Notes: a model not told the origin generated them from the letters alone. Shown: positions 9,920 through 20,395, counted from the stretch's first letter. The stretch is 64,000 bases of DNA from Armatimonadota bacterium (GCA_041690135.1 JAWLHY010000001.1:1056001-1120000); one strand, 5' to 3'. Numbers and translations: made by a program.

Positions 9920-11296
9920 CTAGAGCAACTCGTCGATCGGCGAACCTTCCGTGAGCGGCAGTGGTCGGCCGTCGTGCGACGGGTAGGTGGTGCCGTGCGG
10001 GTCGTAGCCGAGCGCCTTGAATACCGTGGCGTGGATATCCGCCGGGGTCACGGGTCGCGATACGGGGAACGCCGCCGTCGCGTCCGACTCACCCACGACC
10101 TGGCCGCCCCGGATGCCGCCGCCCGCCAGGACCATCGAATAGCACTGTGGCCAGTGGTCGCGGCCGGCGTCGCCGTTGATCTTGGGGGTGCGCCCGAAGT
10201 CGCCCATCCAGATCACCAGGGTCTCATCCAGCAGACCGCGCTCCGACAGATCCTCCAGAAGGGCCGAGTAGGCCTTTTCCATTGGCGGCACGAGGCGGTT
10301 CTTGTGCCCGTTGAAGTTGTCTTTGTGGGTGTCCCAGACGATGCTCTGCCCGTTAACCGTGGTCACAAAGCGCGCGCCCGCCTCGATCAGGCGACGGGCG
10401 AGGAGGTGGGACTGGCCCCAGGTATGGCGGCCGTACCGGTCCCGCACCTTGTCGGGTTCCTGGCTCAGGTCGAAGGCCTTCTTCACCTCGGTGGAAGTCA
10501 CCAGCGACAGCGCCTTTTCGCGAGCCGTGTCGAACTCCTGGAAAGAAGGGTGTTCCAGGTGGCGAAGCCCCGTGTCCATAGCGTCCAGCAGGGAAGCTCG
10601 GCCGCGAGCCCGGTCGAGGGTGATCCCTTCGCACGGACCGATGTTGGGCACCTTGAAGTCCGGCTTATTGGGATCGGCATTGAGGACCAGCGGGTCGTAG
10701 CGCCCGCCCAGGAAGCCGCCGAATTGGCCCGGCGTGATGTAGACGGTGCTGTCGCAGTGCGGATACGGGGTGATGACGTAAGGCGGCAGAGCCTGGTTGT
10801 AGCCGTCCCGCTGGGCGAGGTAACCGCAGAGGGTGCCGAAGCTAGGAAAGTCGTTCCGGCTGGGATTGATGAGCGTGCTGTCGATGGCGTAGGGGCGCCC
10901 GACGATCGACCAGTACATCCCCGTGTTGTGCTGGGACTGCGTGTGGTGGACCGAGCGCACGATGGCGTACTTGTCCGCCATCTTTGCCAGGCTGGGCATC
11001 AATTCGGAGATCTCGATGCCCGGCACGTTGGTCTTGATCGGCTTGAACTCGCCCCGGATCTCCGCCGCGGCTTCCGGCTTCATGTCCCAGAGGTCGATGT
11101 GGCTGGGCCCGCCGCAGTTGAAGATCAGGATGACGGAGCGGGCCTTCGCCTTGCCATTCACCGCGCCGGCCGCTTCCGCGCGGTTCCAATCCGCCAGGGA
11201 AAGCCCTAGAGAGCTTAGCGCTCCAACTCGCAGTACTTCCCGCCGCGTCCAGCTATCGCAAAGCCGGGTCTTTCCTGGAACCTGTAATGAGAACAT
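9920..11296 (-). CDS. DUF1501 domain protein
   Basis: Tat-like TRREVLRVG, GGPSHIDLWDMKP, LLARRLIEAG, WDTH, GDFGRTPKIN..GRDHW. Confidence 0.92.
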   Translation of the reverse strand: MFSLQVPGKTRLCDSWTRREVLRVGALSSLGLSLADWNRAEAAGAVNGKAKARSVILIFNCGGPSHIDLWDMKPEAAAEIRGEFKPIKTNVPGIEISELMPSLAKMADKYAIVRSVHHTQSQHNTGMYWSIVGRPYAIDSTLINPSRNDFPSFGTLCGYLAQRDGYNQALPPYVITPYPHCDSTVYITPGQFGGFLGGRYDPLVLNADPNKPDFKVPNIGPCEGITLDRARGRASLLDAMDTGLRHLEHPSFQEFDTAREKALSLVTSTEVKKAFDLSQEPDKVRDRYGRHTWGQSHLLARRLIEAGARFVTTVNGQSIVWDTHKDNFNGHKNRLVPPMEKAYSALLEDLSERGLLDETLVIWMGDFGRTPKINGDAGRDHWPQCYSMVLAGGGIRGGQVVGESDATAAFPVSRPVTPADIHATVFKALGYDPHGTTYPSHDGRPLPLTEGSPIDELL

Positions 11297-11403
11297 CGCC
11301 CTTCCTCACGTGGATCTTGTCCACTTCCTGGGAGTGACGTAGGGCGCAGCGGTTGCATGCAATCGTGTTGAGCGGCCAAGAAACGGTGACGACGGCCCTG
11401 TTA

Positions 11404-12825
11404 CTAGCGTGCGGCGGTCGGCGCTTTCGGGGGAGCGACGCGGAGGCGCTCCTTCACCCTTTCGGGTACGCGGTTGATCAGGTGGTTTGGCTCGCCGGAC
11501 CGCTTGACCAGGTCGAACGCGTCGTACAGTTCTCCCGACGCGGTATGAGCCCGGTAGCGGAGCCTTTCGTCATCCACATGGATCACCTGGTACATCTGGG
11601 TGTCTTCCGCCGCGCGGCGCATCCACTCCTGGCGGCTCACGTTGTACATCTTGGGGCCGCTTACGGAAACGACGAAGATGGTGCCGGTATCGCGTTCCTG
11701 CTTGTTCAGCCCGGTCTTCAAATTGCTGCGGGCGTAGGTGTGGTCGTGTCCCTGGAGCACCAGGTCCACCCGGTGCCTGCGGATGACCGGAAGCCAGAGC
11801 TTGCGCAGGTCGTCGTTATCCCGTCCCTTTGCCGTGGACCAGATGGGATGATGGAAGGTGAGCACCGTCCACCGGTTCGGATTATCCGAGAGCACGCGGT
11901 CGAGCCATTCCACCTGCTCCTTCTGGCGCTCGTTCGAGTTCAGGGAGACGATCCGCATCCCCTGGTAATCGATCCAATAGGCGGTCTCTTCGAGGCCGTC
12001 GGGACCGTTCAACGGGAGGGCGAACTGCGGGCGCCAGTGGTCGGCCAGCTTCCGTCCGGTACTCATGGGAGCGCGGGGATACTCGTGGTTTCCGGGCGTG
12101 GCGATGCTGGGAATCATCGCGTTGATGAAACCCCCGGCCTCAAACCAATCGCCCCACTCCGCGTCCCGGTTGGCGATGTTGATCAGGTCGCCCGCGTGAA
12201 TGATGAAGCGCGCGCGAGGGGCTTCCGCGTGCGCCTCGCGGATCACCCGCGACCACATGGAACGCACGTCGTTCTGCGCATCCCCAAAGTAAATAAAGGA
12301 GAACGGCTGCGGTCGCTCGCTGGCCGTGCGGAACTGGATCCACTCACTCCAGTTCGTGCCGTCCCCCACCCGGTACACGTAGCGCGTGTCCGGCTCCAGG
12401 CCGGTGAACTCCACCGTGTGGTTGCGCGCCGCGCCCAGGTCGCTGGTGAAGGATGCGCTGCGGGACAGGACCTCTCTCGCCTTCTTCACGAACAGCGGCC
12501 CGCCCTCGGCCGGAGCGATTTGGGCCACCCCCCGGAGCACGCTGGTATCCGTCCGCCACGTCACCGCCTGGGTGTGGGCCGGGTCCCCCGTCCAGGTGAG
12601 GATGATCCGGTCCGGAGTCGGCGTGGGCCGGAGACGCTCCTTGTCGGGGTGCTTGGGCGGAAGGTCCTTCTCGTTCCGTTGCTGCGCCTGGGCGGGACTG
12701 CGGCCCAGGGTGGGATCCAGGATCGCTCTCGCGGCTCCCAGACCCAGGGCGGCGCAGACAATCACAGCAGGGACGGGATAGGATAGACGCATCGGCAACT
12801 CCAGAGCTGGCGGCGGGACTTCCAC
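11404..12825 (-). CDS. Exported purple acid phosphatase-like metallophosphoesterase (FN3-like N-domain)
   Basis: FGDAQN, HAGDL, PGNHE, FHHP, QGHDHTY motifs; N-terminal L.PDT.Y.YRVGD. Confidence 0.88.
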   Translation of the reverse strand: MEVPPPALELPMRLSYPVPAVIVCAALGLGAARAILDPTLGRSPAQAQQRNEKDLPPKHPDKERLRPTPTPDRIILTWTGDPAHTQAVTWRTDTSVLRGVAQIAPAEGGPLFVKKAREVLSRSASFTSDLGAARNHTVEFTGLEPDTRYVYRVGDGTNWSEWIQFRTASERPQPFSFIYFGDAQNDVRSMWSRVIREAHAEAPRARFIIHAGDLINIANRDAEWGDWFEAGGFINAMIPSIATPGNHEYPRAPMSTGRKLADHWRPQFALPLNGPDGLEETAYWIDYQGMRIVSLNSNERQKEQVEWLDRVLSDNPNRWTVLTFHHPIWSTAKGRDNDDLRKLWLPVIRRHRVDLVLQGHDHTYARSNLKTGLNKQERDTGTIFVVSVSGPKMYNVSRQEWMRRAAEDTQMYQVIHVDDERLRYRAHTASGELYDAFDLVKRSGEPNHLINRVPERVKERLRVAPPKAPTAAR

Positions 12826-13067
12826 CTTACCCTTTCATCTTAGCGCTGAACTCTCCGGATTTCCTCTTATCTCCCTATTCTGGGAGCCATCTGCGACTCG
12901 TGGGCGCGTGTTGCAAAGAGGAGTTAAGCAGCGGGCCCGGCGCCATCGATAGAGGGAAACGGCATCCACTGCCGTCCATTCCCGATCCTTACTGTCTGAA
13001 CACCTGCACACCCGAACACCGGCGTACCTTTACCGGCGGGCGGGACGTCCGCGCTCCCGTACGCGCG

Positions 13068-13076
13068 TGGTATAAT
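13068..13076 (+). promoter_or_regulatory. Extended -10 promoter element for mutS2
   Basis: TGGTATAAT (TGnTATAAT) 27 bp upstream of the mutS2 ATG. Confidence 0.55.
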
Positions 13077-13102
13077 CGCGGCCGGAGGCTACTCGAAGTT
13101 TT

Positions 13103-15550
13103 ATGAATTCACATTCTTTGCGCGTGCTGGAATTTGAGGCGATCCGCCAGCGGCTCGTCGGCCTGGCCTCTTGCAGCCTGGGGCAGGAGCGCGCGTCCGC
13201 CATGGAGCCCTCCTGGCGGGAAGAGGAAGTCCTCCGCTGGCAGCGCCAGACCACCGAGGCGGTGCGGCTGCTGGACGGTCCCGGCGGCGTGCCCCTGGGC
13301 GGGATCCATGACATCCGTCCCGCCATCCGCCTGGCGACGATGAGCGGGATGCTGGAGCCCTCCGTGCTGCTCACGGTGGCCGATACGGCGGCGGGGGCGC
13401 GCAAGCTGAAGGGCTACCTCTTGCAGCGGGAGGAGACCGTGCCGATGCTGGCGGAGCTGGCGCGCGAAATCCGCGAGTTTCCCCGGCTGGAGCAAGTCAT
13501 CTACGAGGCGATCAGCGAGCACGCGGAAGTGCGGGACGACGCCTCCCCCACTCTCGCCCGCCTCCGCAAAGATCTGCGGGTGATCCGCGGCCGGATGACG
13601 GAGCGGCTCAACAGCATCCTCCGCAGCACGGCCTACCGGGACATGATCCAGGACCCGGTAATCACCACCCGCGAAGGGCGGTTCTGCATCCCCGTAAAGA
13701 GTGAATACCGCACCCAGTTCGGCGGTCTGGTCCACGACCAGTCATCCAGCGGCGCCACCCTCTTCATGGAGCCGACCCCCGTGGTCGAACTGGGGAACGA
13801 ACTGCGGCAGGTGGAACTCAAGGAACGGCAGGAAGTGGAGCGCATTCTCCATGAGCTGACCGGGCACGTGGCGAAAGTCGAGGGGGACCTGAGCGCCACG
13901 GTGGAGCTCCTGGGGGAACTGGACTACCTCTTCGCCCGCGGTCGCCTCTCCCAGGCGATGGACGCGGTGGAGCCGGAGATCAACCGCGAGGGGTTCATCG
14001 GCCTGCGGCGCGCCCGTCACCCGCTGCTGGAAGGAAACGTAGTTCCGATCGATGTGGATCTGGGCCGCGAGCATACGGTGCTGGTCATCACCGGCCCCAA
14101 CACCGGCGGCAAAACGGTGGGCATGAAAACGGTGGGCCTGTTGGCGCTGATGGCACAGTGCGGACTTCACATCCCGGCCCACGAAGGGAGCACGCTGCCG
14201 GTGTTCCGGGGCGTGTACGCGGATATCGGGGACGAGCAGAGCATCCAGCAGTCGCTCTCCACCTTCAGCGGCCACATCACCAACATTGCCCGCATCCTGA
14301 AGGGTGTAGAGGCCACGGGCGCCCGTTCGCTGGTGCTCCTCGACGAGGCGGGCGCGGGTACGGACCCGGCGGAAGGCTCGGCACTGGCCAAGGCGATCCT
14401 GCAGCACCTGTTGCAAAAGCGCGCACGGACCATCGCCTCCACCCACTACGGGGAACTGAAGGAGTTCGCCTACGCCACCCCCGGCGTGCAGAACGCCAGC
14501 GTGGAGTTCGATCTCCAGACGCTCCGCCCGACCTATCGTCTCCTGATCGGGGTGCCGGGCGCCAGCAACGCCTTCGCGATCGCCGCGCGCCTGGGTCTGC
14601 CGGAAGAGATCGTCCAGGCGGCGCGGGGCATGGTGGGCACCGATCGCGCCGTGCTCTCCGACGTGATCCAGCGCCTGACCGAGAACCAGCGCGCCTCCGA
14701 AGAGGACGTCCGTAAAGCAGCGCAGACCGCCCGCGACGTGGACTTGCGCAGGGAGCAGTTGGAGCGCGACGTCCGCAAGCTGGAAGCGGACCGGCGCGAG
14801 ATCCTGGCTCGCGCCCGCACCGAGGCGGAGGACCTTCTCCGTGCCGCGCGCCGGGAGATGGACCGGGTACGGGATGAGCTCCGCCGGGTCGAGAAAGCAG
14901 TGAAGCGCGCGCAGGAGGACCCGGCGGACACTGCATCCCTCCAGAAGGCCAGGGACCGGCTGCAGGCGCTTGCCGGGCGCACGGAAGGCCGCACCGCGAA
15001 GGTCGAGCGAAAGATCGAGGCTCGAGCTCCGGTGATCGAAGCGCCTCGGCCGGAGGTGAAGGTCGACTCTACGCCGCCGGCGGTTGGGGACTCGGTGTGG
15101 GTGGCCGGTTTGAACCAGCGCGGCACCCTCCTCTCGCTGCCGGCCGAAGGGCGCGCGCAGGTGCAGATCGGCGCCATGCGGACCACGGTCCCAGCCGAGA
15201 ACTTGCAGCGGCTCGCGGCCCCGCAGCCCGCCGTAGTGTCGCGACCAGTCTCCGTCGTCAGCGCCGGCTCCGCGCCGGACCTGCGGATGCGGGCCCACGC
15301 CTCGATGTCGCCGGAAGTACATCTTCGAGGCATGCGCGCCGAGGAAGCCCTGGACCGTCTCGATGAATATGTAGACCAGGCGTGCCTGGCGGGTTATTCT
15401 CCCTTGAGGATTGTCCACGGCAAAGGCACGGGCGCTCTCAAGCGAGTGGTCTGGGAGTTCCTGCAAACCCACCCGAGCGTGGCCAACTACCACCACCCTC
15501 CCGAAGAGGAGGGCGGGAACGGTGTTACCATCGTCGAGCTCAAAGAATAG
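13103..15550 (+). CDS. mutS2: Endonuclease MutS2
   Basis: TGPNTGGKT Walker A, DIGDEQSI.QSLSTFS, LLDEAGAGTDP, C-terminal Smr domain (IVHGKGTG, GGNGVT). Confidence 0.96.
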   Translation: MNSHSLRVLEFEAIRQRLVGLASCSLGQERASAMEPSWREEEVLRWQRQTTEAVRLLDGPGGVPLGGIHDIRPAIRLATMSGMLEPSVLLTVADTAAGARKLKGYLLQREETVPMLAELAREIREFPRLEQVIYEAISEHAEVRDDASPTLARLRKDLRVIRGRMTERLNSILRSTAYRDMIQDPVITTREGRFCIPVKSEYRTQFGGLVHDQSSSGATLFMEPTPVVELGNELRQVELKERQEVERILHELTGHVAKVEGDLSATVELLGELDYLFARGRLSQAMDAVEPEINREGFIGLRRARHPLLEGNVVPIDVDLGREHTVLVITGPNTGGKTVGMKTVGLLALMAQCGLHIPAHEGSTLPVFRGVYADIGDEQSIQQSLSTFSGHITNIARILKGVEATGARSLVLLDEAGAGTDPAEGSALAKAILQHLLQKRARTIASTHYGELKEFAYATPGVQNASVEFDLQTLRPTYRLLIGVPGASNAFAIAARLGLPEEIVQAARGMVGTDRAVLSDVIQRLTENQRASEEDVRKAAQTARDVDLRREQLERDVRKLEADRREILARARTEAEDLLRAARREMDRVRDELRRVEKAVKRAQEDPADTASLQKARDRLQALAGRTEGRTAKVERKIEARAPVIEAPRPEVKVDSTPPAVGDSVWVAGLNQRGTLLSLPAEGRAQVQIGAMRTTVPAENLQRLAAPQPAVVSRPVSVVSAGSAPDLRMRAHASMSPEVHLRGMRAEEALDRLDEYVDQACLAGYSPLRIVHGKGTGALKRVVWEFLQTHPSVANYHHPPEEEGGNGVTIVELKE

Positions 15551-15562
15551 GCCGGTTCCCCC

Positions 15563-16405
15563 GTGCAGGCGCATCTGATCGGAAACATTCTCGCCGCTTC
15601 CCAGCCGCTCCGGCTGCCGGGAAGCGGCGAGAAGCGTGTACTGTCGCCCATCGCCCTCGAGCGCCTCTCCCGCGAAGCGAACGTCCCGCGCTGGGAGATC
15701 GAGGGGCTGGCGCTGGAAGCGGATGTGGTGCCCCTCCACTACCTGCGCAACCTCAGCCGGTACGGCCCCCAAGGACAACTCCGCCTGGTGCGCGCCCGCG
15801 TGGCCCTGGTCGGGCTGGGGCCCGTGGCACGCCACGCCGCTGGAGAACTGGCGGCGGCCGGTGTTGGGCGGCTCCAGGTCGTGGAACCGATCCCCTCCGA
15901 TGCAGCGGCGCCCCCGTCGCACCAGGTCGAGGCCGGGTCCCAGGCCGCGCAAGGGATCGCTCGGAGCGCCCGAGACCGTAACGCCAGTACCCTCGTCTCG
16001 CTAACCACGACCCGCATCCGGGGCGGCAATCCGGCGGAGGCCGTGCGGGACTGCGACGTGGTAGGCTCCATCCTGGAAGATTCCGCCGACGAGCAGCTCC
16101 TCCAGTTCGCCTGCCGGATGGCTCGAGTGCCGTTGGTGGTCACGGGGGCGGAGGGGAATCGGGGGCAGGCCACCACCGTCTTTCCCGGTGATGCCGGAGT
16201 TGCCCTCGTGTACAAACCCGATCGTCCCCACCTCGACCCCTCCCGTCCCGGCACCCCGGTGGAAGAGCGAGCCGTGTTGATGGTCGCGTCCTGGCTGGCG
16301 GAACAGGTCACCCGCATCATCACCGGCCAGGGGGACCTCCTGCGCGACCGCCTCCTCTACGCCGACCTGGATCAGGCCTGGATCGAAGAATTCCCCTTGT
16401 CTTGA
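15563..16405 (+). CDS. ThiF/MoeB-like adenylyltransferase-fold protein, degenerate motifs
   Basis: Y.RN....G..GQ..L, VALVGLG, LAAAGVGRL, DCDVV; lacks the D.D.V..SNL.RQ and CxxC motifs. Confidence 0.65.
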   Translation: MQAHLIGNILAASQPLRLPGSGEKRVLSPIALERLSREANVPRWEIEGLALEADVVPLHYLRNLSRYGPQGQLRLVRARVALVGLGPVARHAAGELAAAGVGRLQVVEPIPSDAAAPPSHQVEAGSQAAQGIARSARDRNASTLVSLTTTRIRGGNPAEAVRDCDVVGSILEDSADEQLLQFACRMARVPLVVTGAEGNRGQATTVFPGDAGVALVYKPDRPHLDPSRPGTPVEERAVLMVASWLAEQVTRIITGQGDLLRDRLLYADLDQAWIEEFPLS

Positions 16406-16462
16406 GGTGCGAGAGATGAAGTGCGTGGCAGGTAGGAAGTGCGAGTCAGGAGCGAAGTTGGA
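16406..16462. repeat. Degenerate heptamer tandem array (GGTGCGA/AGTGCGA/GGTAGGA)
   Basis: Reverse-complement counterpart of the array at 17000-17069. Confidence 0.55.
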
Positions 16463-16993
16463 GGAGCAATCGGCCTACATGCGGAAGCAACCCATCAGTA
16501 GCGGGTTGAAGGACTTGACCATGGGTGAAGGAACGGGCAACATCGTCTCTGCGAGGAGGGATAGAACTCAATCGACTTCACAGACAGCCAGCCGCTGCAC
16601 TGCCGGAGCATAGCCGCCTGGATACAGCACCCCGGCACCCGACGTGGCAGGCCCCTGATCTGGGAATTTGTGTTCCACGGTCGCGGCAGCCCGCGGTCGA
16701 TCGGTGGTGGCCGCGACCGACTCGGAGAGTTCACTGCCGGCATTGGGATTCACGGCGGCCAGTCCCGCGGTCAGGCTCCTGGTCCAATCACCAGGGGGAT
16801 TGCCACGGCCGGCATGGCCGCGGCTCACGTGCGTGGCCAGCAACTACCGATAGGTCGCGTCCTCGACCTGTGTACGGAGTGGCCGGCCTCGCAATGATAG
16901 CTTTTCGGTTTGCATCACGCAGGACGATTGCACGTTTTGCGTCATCTCGTCTCACTACCCTCATTCAGGCGGTCAGCCGCAGATCAGTAAGCA

Positions 16994-18238
16994 ATGGATT
17001 CTCATCTCGCCCCTCGCACTTCCTACCTCGCCCCTTCCGATTCGCCCCTCGCACGTCCTACTTCGCACCTGGCAAAGACGGTTGTTCAGTTCGGCGCCGG
17101 GAACATTGGGCGCGGGTTCGTGGGGCAGATCTTCACCGAGGCGGGGTACGAGGTCGTGTTCGTGGACGTGTCGCCCGAGTTGATTTCGGGATTGAACGAG
17201 CGGCGGAGCTACCCCCTGCGTTTCGCGGGGCCGGACCGCTTTGAAACGCTGACGGTAAGGCCCGTGCGGGCGGTGGATGCGCGGGACGTGGAGGCCGTGG
17301 CGGCCGAAATCCAGAGGTGCTCGTTTGCCTGCACCGCGGTGGGAGTGTCGGTTCTGCCGCACCTGGCCCAGCCGCTGGCCGAAGGGATTCGACGCCGTCA
17401 GGGTGTGCTGGATGTGATCCTGTGCGAGAACCAGCTCCACTGCTCCGACCTGCTGCGCGGATTACTGCGAAAGCACCTGGATGACGAACAGCTGGCGCGG
17501 GTGGGGCTGGTGGAGAGCGTCGTGAGCCGGATGGTCCCGGTCGTTCCCGAAGAGGTCCGTCTTGGCGATCCCCTGCTCGCCATCGCGGAGGATTACCCCC
17601 GCCTACCGGTGGACGCAACCGGATTCCGGGGTACCGTTCCGGACATTCCTGCCTTGAACCCGGTACGGAATTTCGCGGCTTATGTGGAACGCAAGCTCTA
17701 TGTTCATAACATGGGGCACGCGGTGGCCGGCTACCTGGGGTTTCTGGCGGGCTGCCGCTACGTCCACGAAGCGATGGCCCTCCCAGACGTATACGCACGG
17801 GTTCTTGCGGCCATGGAAGAGACGTGCGAGGCGTTGGCCCGGAAGCACGGAACGGAACGGGAAGAGCTGCTGGAGCACCGGCTGAACCTGGCCCGGCGTT
17901 TTGCGAACGCAGCATTGAACGACACCGTGCTCCGGGTCGGGCGCGACCCGATACGGAAGCTGCGTCCGGAAGACCGGCTGGTGGGAGCCGCCCTGACCTG
18001 CCTGGATTGGGGGGTGACGCCAAAACAGGCCGCCGCGGGAATTGCGGCGGCGCTGCGGTACGATGTCCCGGACGACCCCGCATCCCAACGGATACAGACG
18101 GTCGTCCGGGAAACCGGAATCGGCCAGGCGCTATACGAGTTTACCGGTCAGCGCCCCGACAGTGAGTTGGGCCGGCTGGTGCTGGAGGCCTGGGAGGAGG
18201 AAACTGGGATCTACCAGTCGTCTTCATCCCCTTCGTAA
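16994..18238 (+). CDS. mtlD: Mannitol-1-phosphate 5-dehydrogenase family protein
   Basis: VQFGAGNIGRGF, TAVG, LCEN, ERKLY.HN.GHA, RVGRDP.RKL...DRL; true start may be near 17069. Confidence 0.85.
   Translation: MDSHLAPRTSYLAPSDSPLARPTSHLAKTVVQFGAGNIGRGFVGQIFTEAGYEVVFVDVSPELISGLNERRSYPLRFAGPDRFETLTVRPVRAVDARDVEAVAAEIQRCSFACTAVGVSVLPHLAQPLAEGIRRRQGVLDVILCENQLHCSDLLRGLLRKHLDDEQLARVGLVESVVSRMVPVVPEEVRLGDPLLAIAEDYPRLPVDATGFRGTVPDIPALNPVRNFAAYVERKLYVHNMGHAVAGYLGFLAGCRYVHEAMALPDVYARVLAAMEETCEALARKHGTEREELLEHRLNLARRFANAALNDTVLRVGRDPIRKLRPEDRLVGAALTCLDWGVTPKQAAAGIAAALRYDVPDDPASQRIQTVVRETGIGQALYEFTGQRPDSELGRLVLEAWEEETGIYQSSSSPS
17000..17069. repeat. Ten degenerate heptamers (TCGCCCC/TCGCAC[T/C/G]/TCCTAC[C/T])
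   Basis: 7-bp periodicity read directly; lies in the 5' extension of the mtlD ORF. Confidence 0.65.
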
Positions 18239-18705
18239 GGGCGGCGGTCGCGCTTCTTTTTGCCGTCCTTACGGGCCTTGGGCGCCCAGCCGTCTTCCTC
18301 CCAGGATTCGACCGGCTCTTCCCGGCGCGACTTCCGGGAGGAAACCTCCTGAAGCGGAGGCGCCGGTGCAGGCACCGGCGGCATGGGGGCGTACGGCTCC
18401 CGGCCGCGGAAGTCCGGCTCCCGGCGCGGGCCGGGACGGCGCTCGTCCGTCCGGTCTGCACGGAAGTCGGGCCGGCCACCCGGCGGCGCAGAGTAGCGCC
18501 GCTCGACATCGCGCACCGGGCCACCCGCCGCGGAACCGGCGGCACCGGGGTCGCCTTCCTGCCGCTTGGCCTTATGGGCCCGGCGACAGGTCAGGCAGCG
18601 AACGGGATCGCCAAATCCTCGCTCGGCAAAAAACTCTTGCTCGCGAACAGTGAAGTTGAACGCCTGCCCGCAGTCCCGGCAGGTAATCGTCTTGTCGGCG
18701 GTCAC
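18211..18705 (-). CDS. Zinc-ribbon domain protein (CxxC-x-CxxC) with disordered C-terminus
   Basis: DKTITCRDCGQAFNFTVREQEFFAERGF..PVRCLTCR; GTG start. Confidence 0.85.
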   Translation of the reverse strand: MTADKTITCRDCGQAFNFTVREQEFFAERGFGDPVRCLTCRRAHKAKRQEGDPGAAGSAAGGPVRDVERRYSAPPGGRPDFRADRTDERRPGPRREPDFRGREPYAPMPPVPAPAPPLQEVSSRKSRREEPVESWEEDGWAPKARKDGKKKRDRRPYEGDEDDW

Positions 18706-18852
18706 GGAACTCTTTTTGATCTGCGCCCCGTAGGGCGTACAAGCTGTCGCAGTGGATCTCTGCGACGAAGATACTATCGCCCGACTATGCTTATATGGCA
18801 ACCTAAATTTGCCAAACGCCTCTCGCATCCTTTATAGGGCATTCCGCTACTC

Positions 18853-20199
18853 ATGGTAAAGTCCCTTTCTCGTTGGTTATTGCTAAGCGCCTGTCTGCCC
18901 CTCGCGGGCTGCGTCGGTCCGATCCGGGAAACAGGCCAGGCGACCGCCGCCGCCTACTCGCGGGACGGCAATCTGGAGGTCAGAGTCTTCCAGGGCGGCT
19001 ACGGCGTCGACTTCTACGAGCGAGCCGCGAAGGAATACGAGCAGGCGCACCCGGGGGTGAAGATCGACCTCAAAGGGGATCCGCGCATCTGGGAGCAGTT
19101 GCGGCCGCGTTTCGTGGCCGGCGACCCGCCGGGCCTCGCCTTCCCGGGGTGGGGAATGGATAACTACGCCCTGATCTATGAGCAACAGGCGCTTCCCCTG
19201 GATGATTACCTGCTCACCACTCCCTACGGGGAATGGCAGGGCACCTGGAAGGACAGCTTTATCCCCGAGATCCTTCAGTTGGGCGTGTACGAGGGCCAAA
19301 CCTATCTCCTCCCCTACTACCTTTCCCTGAATGGCTGGTGGTACAACGTCAACCTCTTCCGGGAGAACGGCTGGACGCCTCCGGCCAGTTTCGACGAACT
19401 CCTGGCTCTTAGTGAGAAGATCAAGGCGAAAGGCATTGCGCCGGTCACCTACCAGGGCAAGTACCCGGCCTACGCCATCCAGGGCTTCCTGCTGCCTTGG
19501 GCCATCAGCATCGGGGGCATCGAGGCTTACCGGGACGCGGAGGCGCTCAAGCCGGGCGCCTGGAAGAGTGAGCCGTTTCTGAAGGCCGCGCAGATGATCG
19601 ACGAGATGCGCAAGAAAGGCTACTTCGACCCCAGCGCCAACGGCCTGAGCCACACCGAGGCCCAGATGGACTTTCTCAACGGCAAAGCGGCCATGATTCC
19701 GTGCGGAACGTGGCTGCATAGCGAGATGAAGAACCAGATGCCGAAGGGCTTCCAGATGGAGTTCTTCCTGCCGCCGCGGGTGAAAGACGGCAAAGGCGAG
19801 CCTACGGCTCTCCAGGTGGGGGTGGAGCCCTGGCTTATCCCCAGCCAGGGACGCAACACGCCGCTGGCCGTGGACTTCTTCAAGTACCTGACGAGCAAGA
19901 AGAAGGCGCGGGAGTTCATGTTGGAGAAGGGCTCGCTTACGGCGGTGCTCGATACCAGCGATGGGCCCCTACCGTCCACCCTGCAGAAGCCGGCCGAGGC
20001 GCTCAAGAACGCGAAAGTCACCTGGACCACGCGTTATTCCCAGTGGTACAAGGGCTTCGATGAGAATCTGAAGACCAAGATGGGCTCACTGTTACTGGGC
20101 GAGCTCACTCCCGAGCAGTTCGTGGAGCAGGTGGAGGCGGAGGCGGAGAAGGTCCGGCAGGACCCCAACATCCCCAAGCATACGCCTTCGGCGGATTAA
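18853..20199 (+). CDS. Sugar ABC transporter substrate-binding lipoprotein (NgcE-like)
   Basis: Lipobox LAGC, F.GGYG, QLRPRFVAGDPP, WYN..LF, F..GKAAMIPCGTWL; no permease genes adjacent. Confidence 0.85.
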   Translation: MVKSLSRWLLLSACLPLAGCVGPIRETGQATAAAYSRDGNLEVRVFQGGYGVDFYERAAKEYEQAHPGVKIDLKGDPRIWEQLRPRFVAGDPPGLAFPGWGMDNYALIYEQQALPLDDYLLTTPYGEWQGTWKDSFIPEILQLGVYEGQTYLLPYYLSLNGWWYNVNLFRENGWTPPASFDELLALSEKIKAKGIAPVTYQGKYPAYAIQGFLLPWAISIGGIEAYRDAEALKPGAWKSEPFLKAAQMIDEMRKKGYFDPSANGLSHTEAQMDFLNGKAAMIPCGTWLHSEMKNQMPKGFQMEFFLPPRVKDGKGEPTALQVGVEPWLIPSQGRNTPLAVDFFKYLTSKKKAREFMLEKGSLTAVLDTSDGPLPSTLQKPAEALKNAKVTWTTRYSQWYKGFDENLKTKMGSLLLGELTPEQFVEQVEAEAEKVRQDPNIPKHTPSAD

Positions 20200-20336
20200 G
20201 ATGAAGATGCAGATAAGGATAAGGAAGTGCGAGGGCGAGAGGGGGATCCAGTTAGGAGTGATCCGGAGATGGGGCACAGCCAGCATTTAAGCGGGTGGAT
20301 ACTGGTTCTGATGGGGCTCGTTCTGGAGGTTCTGTA

Positions 20337-20371
20337 AGAAGGGGGAAGCCGGCTACCGGCTTCCCCCTTCT
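20337..20371. terminator. Bidirectional terminator hairpin
   Basis: Perfect 16-bp stem AGAAGGGGGAAGCCGG-CTA-CCGGCTTCCCCCTTCT between convergent genes. Confidence 0.75.
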
Positions 20372-20395
20372 GGATTCTTGTTCTTCAAATGGAGC

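Noticed and set aside
13742-15952. 736-aa minus-strand ORF
   Set aside because: Antisense shadow of mutS2
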